From sequence record OR449013: a DNA stretch of 64,000 nt; one strand, 5' to 3'. Below the pieces are notes generated by a model. That model had not been told where the DNA came from. It was given only the letters and a program-made list of their open reading frames with translations, and did no database searches. Positions 38,201 through 46,118 of this stretch are shown piece by piece. Origin of the DNA: Escherichia phage Mangalyan. How positions within the stretch are numbered: the stretch's first letter is position 1; the number at the start of each line of letters is the position of its first letter. The translations under genes and the position numbers were made by a program.

Positions 38201-38581
38201 TTAAAAATTATCGCCGTAAATCTTTCCGCTTTCTACCCATACCACCACGCGAGGCATACTATCCCACACGTCTTGTTTTAGATTGAGCGCGTGCAATTCT
38301 TCGGTGGTGCTCATACCGGGCACGGGCTGATTGTATACTGCAAAACGACCGCCTGCATAATCATAGGCCAGGGTTAAATCACACTGGATCATCTTTTTGA
38401 TCATGGCATTAAGCATGGCGTTAGCCGCATATTGGTCACGTTTTAAAGGCAACTCTTTGATTAGTTTGCGATAGTTTTCGATATGGTCGCACACTGTTTC
38501 ACGCGGAAGATCTTTCATATCCTCGCGAAAGGTAACCAGGTTAAACATAACGGTGTCAATAGCCTTGGTAGTGTTTTTCAT
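38201..38581 (-). CDS. hypothetical protein
   Basis: 126-aa ORF, SD AAGAGGA; GC hairpin in 5' leader. Confidence 0.5.
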   Translation of the reverse strand: MKNTTKAIDTVMFNLVTFREDMKDLPRETVCDHIENYRKLIKELPLKRDQYAANAMLNAMIKKMIQCDLTLAYDYAGGRFAVYNQPVPGMSTTEELHALNLKQDVWDSMPRVVVWVESGKIYGDNF

Positions 38582-38635
38582 GATTTTATCCTCTTTGTTT
38601 TGTGTGGGGGCAAACGTCTTGCCCCCTTGAGTTTT

Positions 38636-38663
38636 AATATAGCAGGTTTTTAGGTTATTGCAA
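38636..38663 (-). promoter_or_regulatory. candidate sigma70-like promoter
   Basis: - strand TTGCAA, 16-nt spacer, TATATT. Confidence 0.45.
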
Positions 38664-38671
38664 CACTTTAT

Positions 38672-39295
38672 TTATGAAAAAGTCATCTCGCCATATTCAT
38701 CCACATCAAACCGCCAATCATTGGCCTCGATAAGGCCGATCAGGTTTTCGGTAGTGAATTGTTCAAGATAGGCCCCCTCCAGGTCTACGTAAACCTTGCG
38801 GGATAGCTCCCGTACCGTCTCGGTGATCAGCTCTTCCAGGTCTTCCACTTTGTTTTCTTGTTTGGCGGTCAGATCTAGCCAGGTGGTATCAATGTATCCG
38901 CTTACAGTGTTTTCATGGCTGTAATGGCTGTACTTGTCGCGTTCAACACTGGCCGATAACTCGCCATCGTGCATTGTGCCGAACAAGTGACGAATTGATC
39001 GGAACTTGGTCAGGGCCTTGACTTTACGCAAGAATTTTTCTAAGTCTACATTTTCAGCACTAATCGATGCGCCATCGCCTTGACACCAAAAGCCGGACCA
39101 ATGTACTTCGGTATCTTCAAGGCCGTACTCTGGAAAAACTTGTTCTTTATAGTATTCAATTACATTTTCTGCAAAAAAGTTATCCCCGCTGTGTTCTTCT
39201 CTTTCGCGTACCATTTCAATGGCTTTTTCTTTTTGTTCGTCGGTCAGCACGTCGAAAGATAAATTGTAACCTGTGGTAATGTTAACGGTGGTCAT
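38672..39295 (-). CDS. hypothetical acidic protein, 207 aa
   Basis: SD AGGAG; conserved-looking HWSGFWCQGDGASI block; family not recognised. Confidence 0.5.
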   Translation of the reverse strand: MTTVNITTGYNLSFDVLTDEQKEKAIEMVREREEHSGDNFFAENVIEYYKEQVFPEYGLEDTEVHWSGFWCQGDGASISAENVDLEKFLRKVKALTKFRSIRHLFGTMHDGELSASVERDKYSHYSHENTVSGYIDTTWLDLTAKQENKVEDLEELITETVRELSRKVYVDLEGAYLEQFTTENLIGLIEANDWRFDVDEYGEMTFS

Positions 39296-39369
39296 GATAT
39301 TTTCTCCTGTTTTCTTTGTTAGTGGCGGGAAGTTTTCCCGCCTATGTTTTTAATTATACTTATCAAGAT

Positions 39370-39630
39370 TTACTTGTCAACACTATTTTTTAAATTATTG
39401 TGGCGCAAAATGTTTAAAATCTCCTCAACGTCATCAACACGGCGGCAATTTTTAAACGCTACCAATTGCCCCAAGATTTTAATTACTGGGCGGCCTTGCC
39501 AGTGACCTTGAAGAAAGCGCGCTTTAACTTTATCGGTGGAACTATCACGCCACCAAATAGCCTTGTTGTTGCAGTAGTAAAAATTATTCAGGATAACATC
39601 AACCTTATCAAAATTTTTTAATTTACGCAT
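39370..39630 (-). CDS. hypothetical basic protein
   Basis: 86-aa ORF, SD AAAGGAG. Confidence 0.5.
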   Translation of the reverse strand: MRKLKNFDKVDVILNNFYYCNNKAIWWRDSSTDKVKARFLQGHWQGRPVIKILGQLVAFKNCRRVDDVEEILNILRHNNLKNSVDK

Positions 39631-39840
39631 GGCGTTTACTCCTTTCTCTCTTTGATGTGGTTAGTATAGCTAACCTGTTTAAGATGTCAAGCTTTAAATA
39701 AAATCACTGTCAATAATATTTTTAACGCCATAAAACGGTCCTGGGCGATGTTTTCAGGTTAAAGGGGGCGATTTTGCATAGGTGGGGGCCTTTTTGGCGC
39801 TTACAGGGCCAACCAGGGGCGCTATTCGTAGGATAGAAAC

Positions 39841-39865
39841 AAAAAGCCCCGCACAATGGCGGGGC
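39841..39865 (-). terminator. rho-independent terminator
   Basis: on - strand GCCCCGC-cattgt-GCGGGGC followed by TTTTTGTTTC. Confidence 0.65.
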
Positions 39866-39873
39866 GTTGGTTG

Positions 39874-40071
39874 TTATTTGTCTTTATGGCGGTACCGTTC
39901 CGCCTGTCGTTCACGTTCCAAAAGTAGGCTGGGCAATTTACGATCATAATGATTGCGCCAGATCTTCCCAAACCTTTTTGGCTTATTCAGTTTATTGTTA
40001 CGCTGGCGGCGTTCCGGCAGCTCTTCGGAATCATGAGGGCGCTTTACAATTTTCTCGAAATTAATTTTCAT
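39874..40071 (-). CDS. small highly basic protein
   Basis: 65 aa, Arg/Lys-rich; SD GGGGGG. Confidence 0.45.
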   Translation of the reverse strand: MKINFEKIVKRPHDSEELPERRQRNNKLNKPKRFGKIWRNHYDRKLPSLLLERERQAERYRHKDK

Positions 40072-40415
40072 ATATTCCCCCCCTTGCTAACTTCAATATT
40101 GGCCTGAATGGCCCGGATACGGCGCTTTATAACTTCCTGATCTGTGTGATCGTATCCCCAAAAGTCCACAATTTTTGCGCCCCCCGCCTCCAGGCGGTAT
40201 AGTGTTTCCTGCATTTTGTAAGCCGGGATCGGTCGCGGTGTTACTTGGTCACCTTCTTTATTTTTATACTTTATAATATAATCTTCGTTATCGTTAAATG
40301 TCCAAAATGGATATTCTGCAAGGGCGGTACTTCCTCTTTCCTTTTTATCCTGGATCTTGTTTACAATTAAAGCCGTAGCAATAGCGCCAATAATAAAACT
40401 AGCCCCGCTAATCAT
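40068..40415 (-). CDS. membrane-anchored protein
   Basis: ATG 40415 with SD AAGGAG; N-terminal TM ISGASFIIGAIATALIV. Confidence 0.45.
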   Translation of the reverse strand: MISGASFIIGAIATALIVNKIQDKKERGSTALAEYPFWTFNDNEDYIIKYKNKEGDQVTPRPIPAYKMQETLYRLEAGGAKIVDFWGYDHTDQEVIKRRIRAIQANIEVSKGGNI

Positions 40416-40489
40416 GTACTTTCTCCTTTCATTGTATTGATAAACTATCTTTATAGATGGCCCTGCAACCAGGACCACCGAAAAAATAA

Positions 40490-40735
40490 CTATTTCACAA
40501 TGCCTACAAAACAGATTCCGCCTTCACCTATATAGGCAATATCGGTAATTTTATAATTTGTCAAGATCCGCGTGTTCAGCTCATTAATAAAATCGGTCAT
40601 CGCGTTGGTGTAGTTGTCTTCCGTATCTAAGGCATAATCCCAGGTGTAAACCTTTTTACGTCCGAAGCCTTTTACCATGATACGGGCGCTTTTGGTGTTG
40701 GTAGGGGCATAATATTTGGTGATTAGTGCTGCCAT
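40490..40735 (-). CDS. hypothetical protein
   Basis: 81-aa ORF, SD AGGAG. Confidence 0.5.
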   Translation of the reverse strand: MAALITKYYAPTNTKSARIMVKGFGRKKVYTWDYALDTEDNYTNAMTDFINELNTRILTNYKITDIAYIGEGGICFVGIVK

Positions 40736-40778
40736 GGTTTTAACTCCTATGCATTAGTTCAGTGTTAACAGTATAAAG

Positions 40779-40823
40779 TTTACTTTATTGATGGCCCTGG
40801 TGTCAAGGCCATCTAAAAATAAA
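40779..40823 (-). promoter_or_regulatory. conserved ~45-nt promoter cassette, copy 2
   Basis: near-identical to 37037..37081; -35 here is TTGACA. Confidence 0.5.
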
Positions 40824-40824
40824 T

Positions 40825-41166
40825 TTACTCGTTTTCTTCCAGTTCTGCAAGCTCTTCTTTCACTTCTTCCAGCTCTGTCTGCAATTCTTGGTACTCTTCA
40901 TCGTCCTCAATATCCAGGCTGTCGATGTAGTCGCTAAATCCGCAGCGGTAAGCGATAGGATCTAACTCCTTGAGGATACGCGACGGAAGAAAAGAAATGT
41001 TTCCGATCATAATTTCGCCATAGATCTCGTCTAGCCATTCATCATAGTTTTCGTCGTACTTGTCCTCGTCGATTTCAAAGTTATCGATCTTGTTCTCAAG
41101 GTCTGCGATCTGTTTTTTCAGCGCGGCGATCTGAATAGCTTTTTCTGCGGCGGTCATAGTAGTCAT
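40825..41166 (-). CDS. hypothetical acidic coiled-coil protein
   Basis: 113-aa ORF, SD AAGGAGA. Confidence 0.5.
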   Translation of the reverse strand: MTTMTAAEKAIQIAALKKQIADLENKIDNFEIDEDKYDENYDEWLDEIYGEIMIGNISFLPSRILKELDPIAYRCGFSDYIDSLDIEDDEEYQELQTELEEVKEELAELEENE

Positions 41167-41216
41167 GGTGTTTTCTCCTTTTTGTGTTTTGGGAAGTTTT
41201 CCCGTTTACGTGTTTA

Positions 41217-41244
41217 AGTATACCGATTTGGGTTAGCTTGTCAA
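41217..41244 (-). promoter_or_regulatory. sigma70-like promoter
   Basis: - strand TTGACA, 16-nt spacer, TATACT. Confidence 0.5.
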
Positions 41245-41364
41245 TTAAAAATTTAAGAAAAATTTTGCAAAACTGTTGGCGCTACCCATCAACATTTGCG
41301 CCAGGATGTACCCAATGATGCAAACGATGATGGTTACCTTTGTGTGCTGGCGTGTAGTGCTCAT
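41245..41364 (-). CDS. small hydrophobic peptide, 39 aa
   Basis: SD GGAGGC 6 nt before ATG; MSTTRQHTKVTIIVCIIGYILAQMLMGSANSFAKFF. Confidence 0.35.
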   Translation of the reverse strand: MSTTRQHTKVTIIVCIIGYILAQMLMGSANSFAKFFLNF

Positions 41365-41398
41365 CTTTAAGCCTCCTTTTCCGCTCAACTGTGGTTAG

Positions 41399-41443
41399 TT
41401 TACTTTATTGATGGCCCTGGAGTCAAGGCCATCTAAAAATAAA
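41399..41443 (-). promoter_or_regulatory. conserved ~45-nt promoter cassette, copy 3
   Basis: near-identical to copies at 37037 and 40779. Confidence 0.5.
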
Positions 41444-41444
41444 C

Positions 41445-41840
41445 TCAATAAGTTTTTAGTACTTTCCCGTCCAATCTGTCAAGCTGGATCTCGATAGCTG
41501 CAGAAAACCTATTGTAAACCACATCGCCCAGGGAGTCCAGCCAATCTATGACGTTATATACCTGCTCTTTATTCTTGCAAGTCCGGATCCGTTTCATTAC
41601 GTAAGACGGATCAATATTAGCGCTCTCGTTGTTGTGGTCCTGCGCCTGGCCTGCTGCGCTAATTATAGATTTTACAACCACCTGAAAGGGCTTTAAGGTG
41701 CCTTTTGCGTTCATCTCACGCGCTTTTGCGGCGCGGTTGTTATATGTTACACAACGGCGGCAAATGTTGACCAAATGCATATCAATAATTTTTTCATCGT
41801 TTGCCAGTTCGTTCATGATGCGGCGTACGTTCTTATTCAT
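41445..41840 (-). CDS. hypothetical protein
   Basis: 131-aa ORF, SD AAAGGA. Confidence 0.5.
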   Translation of the reverse strand: MNKNVRRIMNELANDEKIIDMHLVNICRRCVTYNNRAAKAREMNAKGTLKPFQVVVKSIISAAGQAQDHNNESANIDPSYVMKRIRTCKNKEQVYNVIDWLDSLGDVVYNRFSAAIEIQLDRLDGKVLKTY

Positions 41841-41922
41841 GATCTTTTTCCTTTGTGCTGGCGGGAAACATTCCCGCCTTTTGTGTCTAGTTTACTTAAA
41901 TTTTGCAGCGTGTCAATGATTT

Positions 41923-42321
41923 TTATTCGTGGGCGCATGTTACAATGTGTTTTTTATAGCCCAGGTGGTCAGCAAGTGCCGACAAAAACTCTTCTTCGTA
42001 GATCCAGCCGTCGGCAGTGATCCCCATAGCATTTAATGCGCTCTCAAGTGCTGCGTTAGCTTTATCGTAACCGTGACCGCTCGCCTTGCCGCCAGTATAA
42101 CCGTACTTATTGTTCTTGTTGTCGTGAATCCAAAACACGCAGTAGTGAGTGTTCCCGCTGGCGGCGGCATAATACCGGATCTCAGCTACTTCGTGCAAAT
42201 TATTGTCATCGTCCAGGCCCACCAGATTATAAGCCTTGTAAAATCCACGATCACGGCGGCAGTTCTTGACATCAGAAAAAGAAAAGTCCGCATTATCAAA
42301 ATTAAAGGTAGTGGTTTTCAT
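41923..42321 (-). CDS. hypothetical protein
   Basis: 132-aa ORF, SD AAGAGGA; family not recognised. Confidence 0.5.
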   Translation of the reverse strand: MKTTTFNFDNADFSFSDVKNCRRDRGFYKAYNLVGLDDDNNLHEVAEIRYYAAASGNTHYCVFWIHDNKNNKYGYTGGKASGHGYDKANAALESALNAMGITADGWIYEEEFLSALADHLGYKKHIVTCAHE

Positions 42322-42385
42322 GATTTTATCCTCTTAGTGTCTTTTGTGCTTTTAGTGTATTTGGTGTCTGACTATATGTCAATAC

Positions 42386-42583
42386 TTATTTTTTATTAAA
42401 CCAGTGGTTGATCTGGCCTTTTGTCAGGGCGCAACGATTAAGCTGTTGCCGGGTATAGCTCTGACCGCGACGGAATTTATAAAGGCCTTGCCCGTTGTTG
42501 ATGGTTACGTCCACCTGGCAAACCATTTGATCGGTGACGGCCTGGCGAGTGTTGCGACGTACTTTAATTCCGTAGGCGTTCAT
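42386..42583 (-). CDS. hypothetical basic protein
   Basis: 65-aa ORF, SD AGAGGA. Confidence 0.45.
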   Translation of the reverse strand: MNAYGIKVRRNTRQAVTDQMVCQVDVTINNGQGLYKFRRGQSYTRQQLNRCALTKGQINHWFNKK

Positions 42584-42998
42584 GATTTTTTATCCTCTCT
42601 GTTAATTAGTGTGGTGTTGTTCACCTTGCGAGGATAAGAATAACAGAACTATCCGAGCTGTCAACCATTAGTTAGAATTATTTTTTGGGCAGAATTCTCC
42701 AGCCGCCGCCCCTGCCAGGTTAACCATCATTTTTTCGTACTCTTCTTTATGTTCCAACGCTCCCGCCATAGCCTTTTCAACCAGGGCGATAACTTCAGCG
42801 GCATTGATCGCTACATTTTCCAGGGGATTATATTACTTTTCATTTTTGTACCTCTTCTGTAGCTGCTTACTTTATAGCGTGGACCTGCCAGGCTGGCCCC
42901 GCCAGGTTGCAACGGTTAGCGCATCAGGTTAGAATTTTTTTTTTGAAAAGTGTTGACAGCGGCCCCGCCAGGTGGCACAATATACCTATCGAAAGGAC

Positions 42999-43034
42999 GG
43001 CAGGCACCGGTGACGGGGGAGACAACCACCGGGG
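42999..43034 (+). repeat. GC-rich hairpin element, copy A
   Basis: GGCAGGCACCGGTGACGGGGGAGACAACCACCGGGG; CCGGTG/CACCGG stem; followed by GAGAACGGTTATCATTATCATTTAAAAA. Confidence 0.6.
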
Positions 43035-43132
43035 ATGGGCGCTGCATAAAATGAGAACGGTTATCATTATCATTTAAAAATTTATGCAAAAAGTCCTTGC
43101 TTTCTTTGTCCTGTGTGATACTATAATAACAA

Positions 43133-43174
43133 GCCGGGGCAACAGGGGCCGGGAGACAATCACCGGGGGTGCCC
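43133..43174 (+). repeat. GC-rich hairpin element, copy B
   Basis: GGGGCCGGGAGACAATCACCGGGGGTGCCC; followed by GAGAATGATTATCATTCAAAAT. Confidence 0.6.
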
Positions 43175-43321
43175 GTTATTCTGCAAACGAGAATGATTAT
43201 CATTCAAAATTCTAAATGAGAACTCCTCGCATTTAATAAATTTAATTAGCATGCTAATTACCCTCCGTAACAATTTCCTATAAAACAGTATCCCATAAAA
43301 TATTCCCATATAGAAATTTTA

Positions 43322-43504
43322 AAAATCCATTTCTGAAAACGAAAAATCGATTTCGTCCCCAAAAATTTCAGGTCGAGATCCGGAACGATTTCCAGAAAAT
43401 CCGATTTAGAAAACGAAAAACAGATCGAGTACTGAGAAATTTATCGAGAAAAATTTTCAGAAAATCCAAGCCATGAAATGAAAAGTAGATCGAGTACTGG
43501 AAAA
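43322..43504. repeat. AT-rich iteron array (~60-nt period)
   Basis: three degenerate direct repeats built on TTTCAGAAAATCC...GAAAA..AGATCGAGTACTG; inverted copies near 43672-43700. Confidence 0.55.
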
Positions 43505-43806
43505 ATTGTACCGCAACCCACTGATAGTGATGGGTTTTCCGTCATAAATCACTAAGAGTGAGTGGAGAAAGGTATGGTGGAGAGGTGTGTATGTGTGGGA
43601 AATATGGAACGGTGATCTCGAGTATGGTGCAAACGGCTAGATAGATTGGCACAATTTTCCGCGCTTGTGTTGAAAAAATCCATTTTAGTTTTCGATCCAT
43701 TTTCTGATTTTCTAAGAATTTTAAAATATCTATGTGTTCAAAATATCAGGAGAAAATACATTTTAGAAATTCCCCTGATTTCTGGCAACTTGGCAATTTA
43801 AAAATA

Positions 43807-44139
43807 TCAGGTGCCCAGTTTGTTCTTTCCTTTATATAAACGCAAGGGTATAGTTTTTGTAACAGTCCACCTTCCCACACCTTCCCAGTTCCAGTTGTAG
43901 GCATGGTACCCGGTTACGCATGCACTGCTAGAGTGGTCATAGGCATAAGAGAACGCTATACGCACCAAATGGAACCAGTCTTTCCACGGTTGTGGTCCGT
44001 AAGCTTTTCTCCAACACCGACACAAACTAAATGTCTCAAGAATAGGCAGGATAACAAATCCATACACCGCCACCAGAATAGCCAGCGCAATGATTGTCAG
44101 GAATACATACCCTGCAGTTGAAACGATGATCTCTGTCAT
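43807..44139 (-). CDS. membrane protein
   Basis: N-terminal hydrophobic IIVSTAGYVFLTIIALAILVAVYGFVILPIL. Confidence 0.45.
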   Translation of the reverse strand: MTEIIVSTAGYVFLTIIALAILVAVYGFVILPILETFSLCRCWRKAYGPQPWKDWFHLVRIAFSYAYDHSSSACVTGYHAYNWNWEGVGRWTVTKTIPLRLYKGKNKLGT

Positions 44140-44333
44140 TTGTCGTCCCCTTTCTTACGGATATAGATGTGAGAGCCTGCCTGTATATAAATTTCTCGAC
44201 CATCTTCTGCAAAGATATGAAATACACGATCACCTTCATACTCGATACGTGATATCTTCATAATGGTCTTTCCACCTGGGATGCGGATCTCGTCCCCCAC
44301 AGCGATGTTCCATGCAGATTTAAGCTTAAACAT
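44136..44333 (-). CDS. hypothetical protein
   Basis: ATG 44333 with SD AAGGAGGG; track start 44339 is GTG. Confidence 0.45.
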   Translation of the reverse strand: MFKLKSAWNIAVGDEIRIPGGKTIMKISRIEYEGDRVFHIFAEDGREIYIQAGSHIYIRKKGDDK

Positions 44334-44571
44334 CTGCACCCTCCTTTGGGAACTTAAACTCTGGCATAGCCATATACGCTACAACAGGGTTGTGATCAAA
44401 GTAGAACTGACCGTTAATTATCCCGGTTTTACTCACATAGTTACCAGATCCTGCAAGAACAACCTCGCAAGCTCCGAAATCTACATTGCCATCCTCATCA
44501 GCCATGGCTACGATATACTTTCCAAGAGGCATGTTTTTAACGCCATCTACAAATGTCCACTCTGTGTTCAT
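44326..44571 (-). CDS. hypothetical protein
   Basis: 81-aa ORF. Confidence 0.45.
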   Translation of the reverse strand: MNTEWTFVDGVKNMPLGKYIVAMADEDGNVDFGACEVVLAGSGNYVSKTGIINGQFYFDHNPVVAYMAMPEFKFPKEGADV

Positions 44572-44580
44572 ACTTTACCC

Positions 44581-44913
44581 TTAAGGTAGCCAGTAAACAA
44601 TCTCGCCTTTCAGCTTCATGTCGTTTCCAACATAAATTTCCCAGCCATCCATCTTAGCAACTGTAGGCCCAAAGTCATCCGCACCCCTTACCTCTTTCCA
44701 GGTCCCGTAGTCAGGTTGCCAGATATAGAATCCACCCTCTTTATCCCATGCTCCGTACACTACGTTTAACAGGTTTCCCATTGCAACAATGGTGGGCCGT
44801 GGGAATAATACATCTACAGATGCGCCACAATTTCTGGTATCTTTTAAGTTGCAATCCCAAAAGATGTCTGCCAGTGTGGCGGCGATAGCTTTACGTCTTT
44901 CCAATGTTACCAT
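44581..44913 (-). CDS. hypothetical protein
   Basis: 110-aa ORF. Confidence 0.5.
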   Translation of the reverse strand: MVTLERRKAIAATLADIFWDCNLKDTRNCGASVDVLFPRPTIVAMGNLLNVVYGAWDKEGGFYIWQPDYGTWKEVRGADDFGPTVAKMDGWEIYVGNDMKLKGEIVYWLP

Positions 44914-44920
44914 ATCATAC

Positions 44921-45112
44921 TCACTTGTTGTTAATAAGTTCTAAAACTTTCTGTCTTACTTTGTCAAGGTCTGTGGATTCAAAAACTGTACGGTATCCCC
45001 AACTTTGCCCATAGGAGTGACTGCAATCCCCGTAGCACCATTGCTCAATTTGATAGTATTCAAGGAACGGGTGCTGTCTAACTATGATACCATCTCGGTT
45101 AAAAATTACCAT
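44921..45112 (-). CDS. hypothetical protein
   Basis: 63-aa ORF. Confidence 0.45.
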   Translation of the reverse strand: MVIFNRDGIIVRQHPFLEYYQIEQWCYGDCSHSYGQSWGYRTVFESTDLDKVRQKVLELINNK

Positions 45113-45175
45113 AATACATCGCTCTCTGTTAGTTTATGCGTATATTATACACTGCAGTTTTCAGATGTCAACCTC

Positions 45176-45370
45176 TTACAGATTGCTCCAGTACAATCGG
45201 CATTTACATTTTGGGCAATGAGGTTCTTTTATATAATAACCATCAGTCTTTGGAACACTTTTTGGTGCAGTTTTAAGATTGTACCTGGTAAAACATCGGA
45301 AGCAGGTTACCTCTCCCACCTGTTGATCGTTGATCCACTCACCAGAGTAAAGTTCTTTCTTGTTTCTCAT
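45176..45370 (-). CDS. small zinc-ribbon protein
   Basis: ATG 45370 with SD GGGAGAG; CFRCF...CPKCKC. Confidence 0.45.
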   Translation of the reverse strand: MRNKKELYSGEWINDQQVGEVTCFRCFTRYNLKTAPKSVPKTDGYYIKEPHCPKCKCRLYWSNL

Positions 45371-45602
45371 AATTCTCTCCCAAATCATCTGCAATCTTAT
45401 ACCAAAATCTCCAGCCAGAAAGCACACGGGAACACTTTGAGGATTGAATCTTTACTTGGCTCGGAAGTTCTTTTTCCGTATGATAGGTAGAAATACCCTC
45501 CTGCAGATTCGAATATAGCTCCTTCGGTTGTATCTACCACAGCAAGAATTAAGATTTTAGTCTCCACAGTGCTCTCCTCTCTTAGTTGTTGTGGAAACTA
45601 TA

Positions 45603-46118
45603 TCACCTCAGAAGATGGTCGTCAACACTTTTGTACTCTACTACAACCACATCAATATCTGTGGTTGCAAGATTAATTACATCTTCTACATGTTCCCACT
45701 TTAGACCTCCAATACCGCATCCGATTTTAGGAATGTAGAACGGCAATGACATACCTTTGAATACCTCGTTGACTCGCTCAAAACCTTTCATGATTGAGAA
45801 GTATTCAGCATTGGGCCCTGGGTAGAACTGGGTATACAGGTTGATTCCATATACGACCCTGGCCTTGGCAAAATGCTCCCAACAAGAAAACATACCCAGC
45901 TTGTCTAGATTACCATAAGCAGTCTCTTTGTCGGCTGCCAGTGCTTGAGGGAACTCACGGGCAATATCTTTCGCTATACCTGCACCCATTGTGTGAAAGC
46001 AGTTACAACCGTGGATCATGTGGCCTGACCCTTTCTTGAAAATGGAGATTAGATCTCCCTTTACAGTATCAATAATCACGGTATTCCAGCTCCTCTTCTG
46101 CAATTTCCAAAAACTCAT
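45603..46118 (-). CDS. macrodomain protein, TARG1/OARD1-like ADP-ribose hydrolase (start uncertain, 46076-46178)
   Basis: VKGDLISIF...HMIHGCNCFHTMGAGIAKDI and PKIGCGIGGLKWEHVEDVI align by eye with human OARD1 (YVKGDLFACP...AHCISEDCRMGAGIA; PRIGCGLDRLQWENV); 5' end overlaps upstream gene. Confidence 0.7.
   Translation of the reverse strand: MSFWKLQKRSWNTVIIDTVKGDLISIFKKGSGHMIHGCNCFHTMGAGIAKDIAREFPQALAADKETAYGNLDKLGMFSCWEHFAKARVVYGINLYTQFYPGPNAEYFSIMKGFERVNEVFKGMSLPFYIPKIGCGIGGLKWEHVEDVINLATTDIDVVVVEYKSVDDHLLR

Noticed and set aside
42916-43203. Track ORF (-) of 95 aa inside the noncoding gap
   Set aside because: No SD or start context; it spans the GC-rich hairpin repeats, and its amino-acid composition (Pro/Gly/Ala-rich) reflects the GC-rich repeats rather than coding.
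45005-45490. Track ORF (+) of 161 aa
   Set aside because: Antisense to - strand genes 44921..45112 and 45176..45370 with good SD sites; no own initiation signal.
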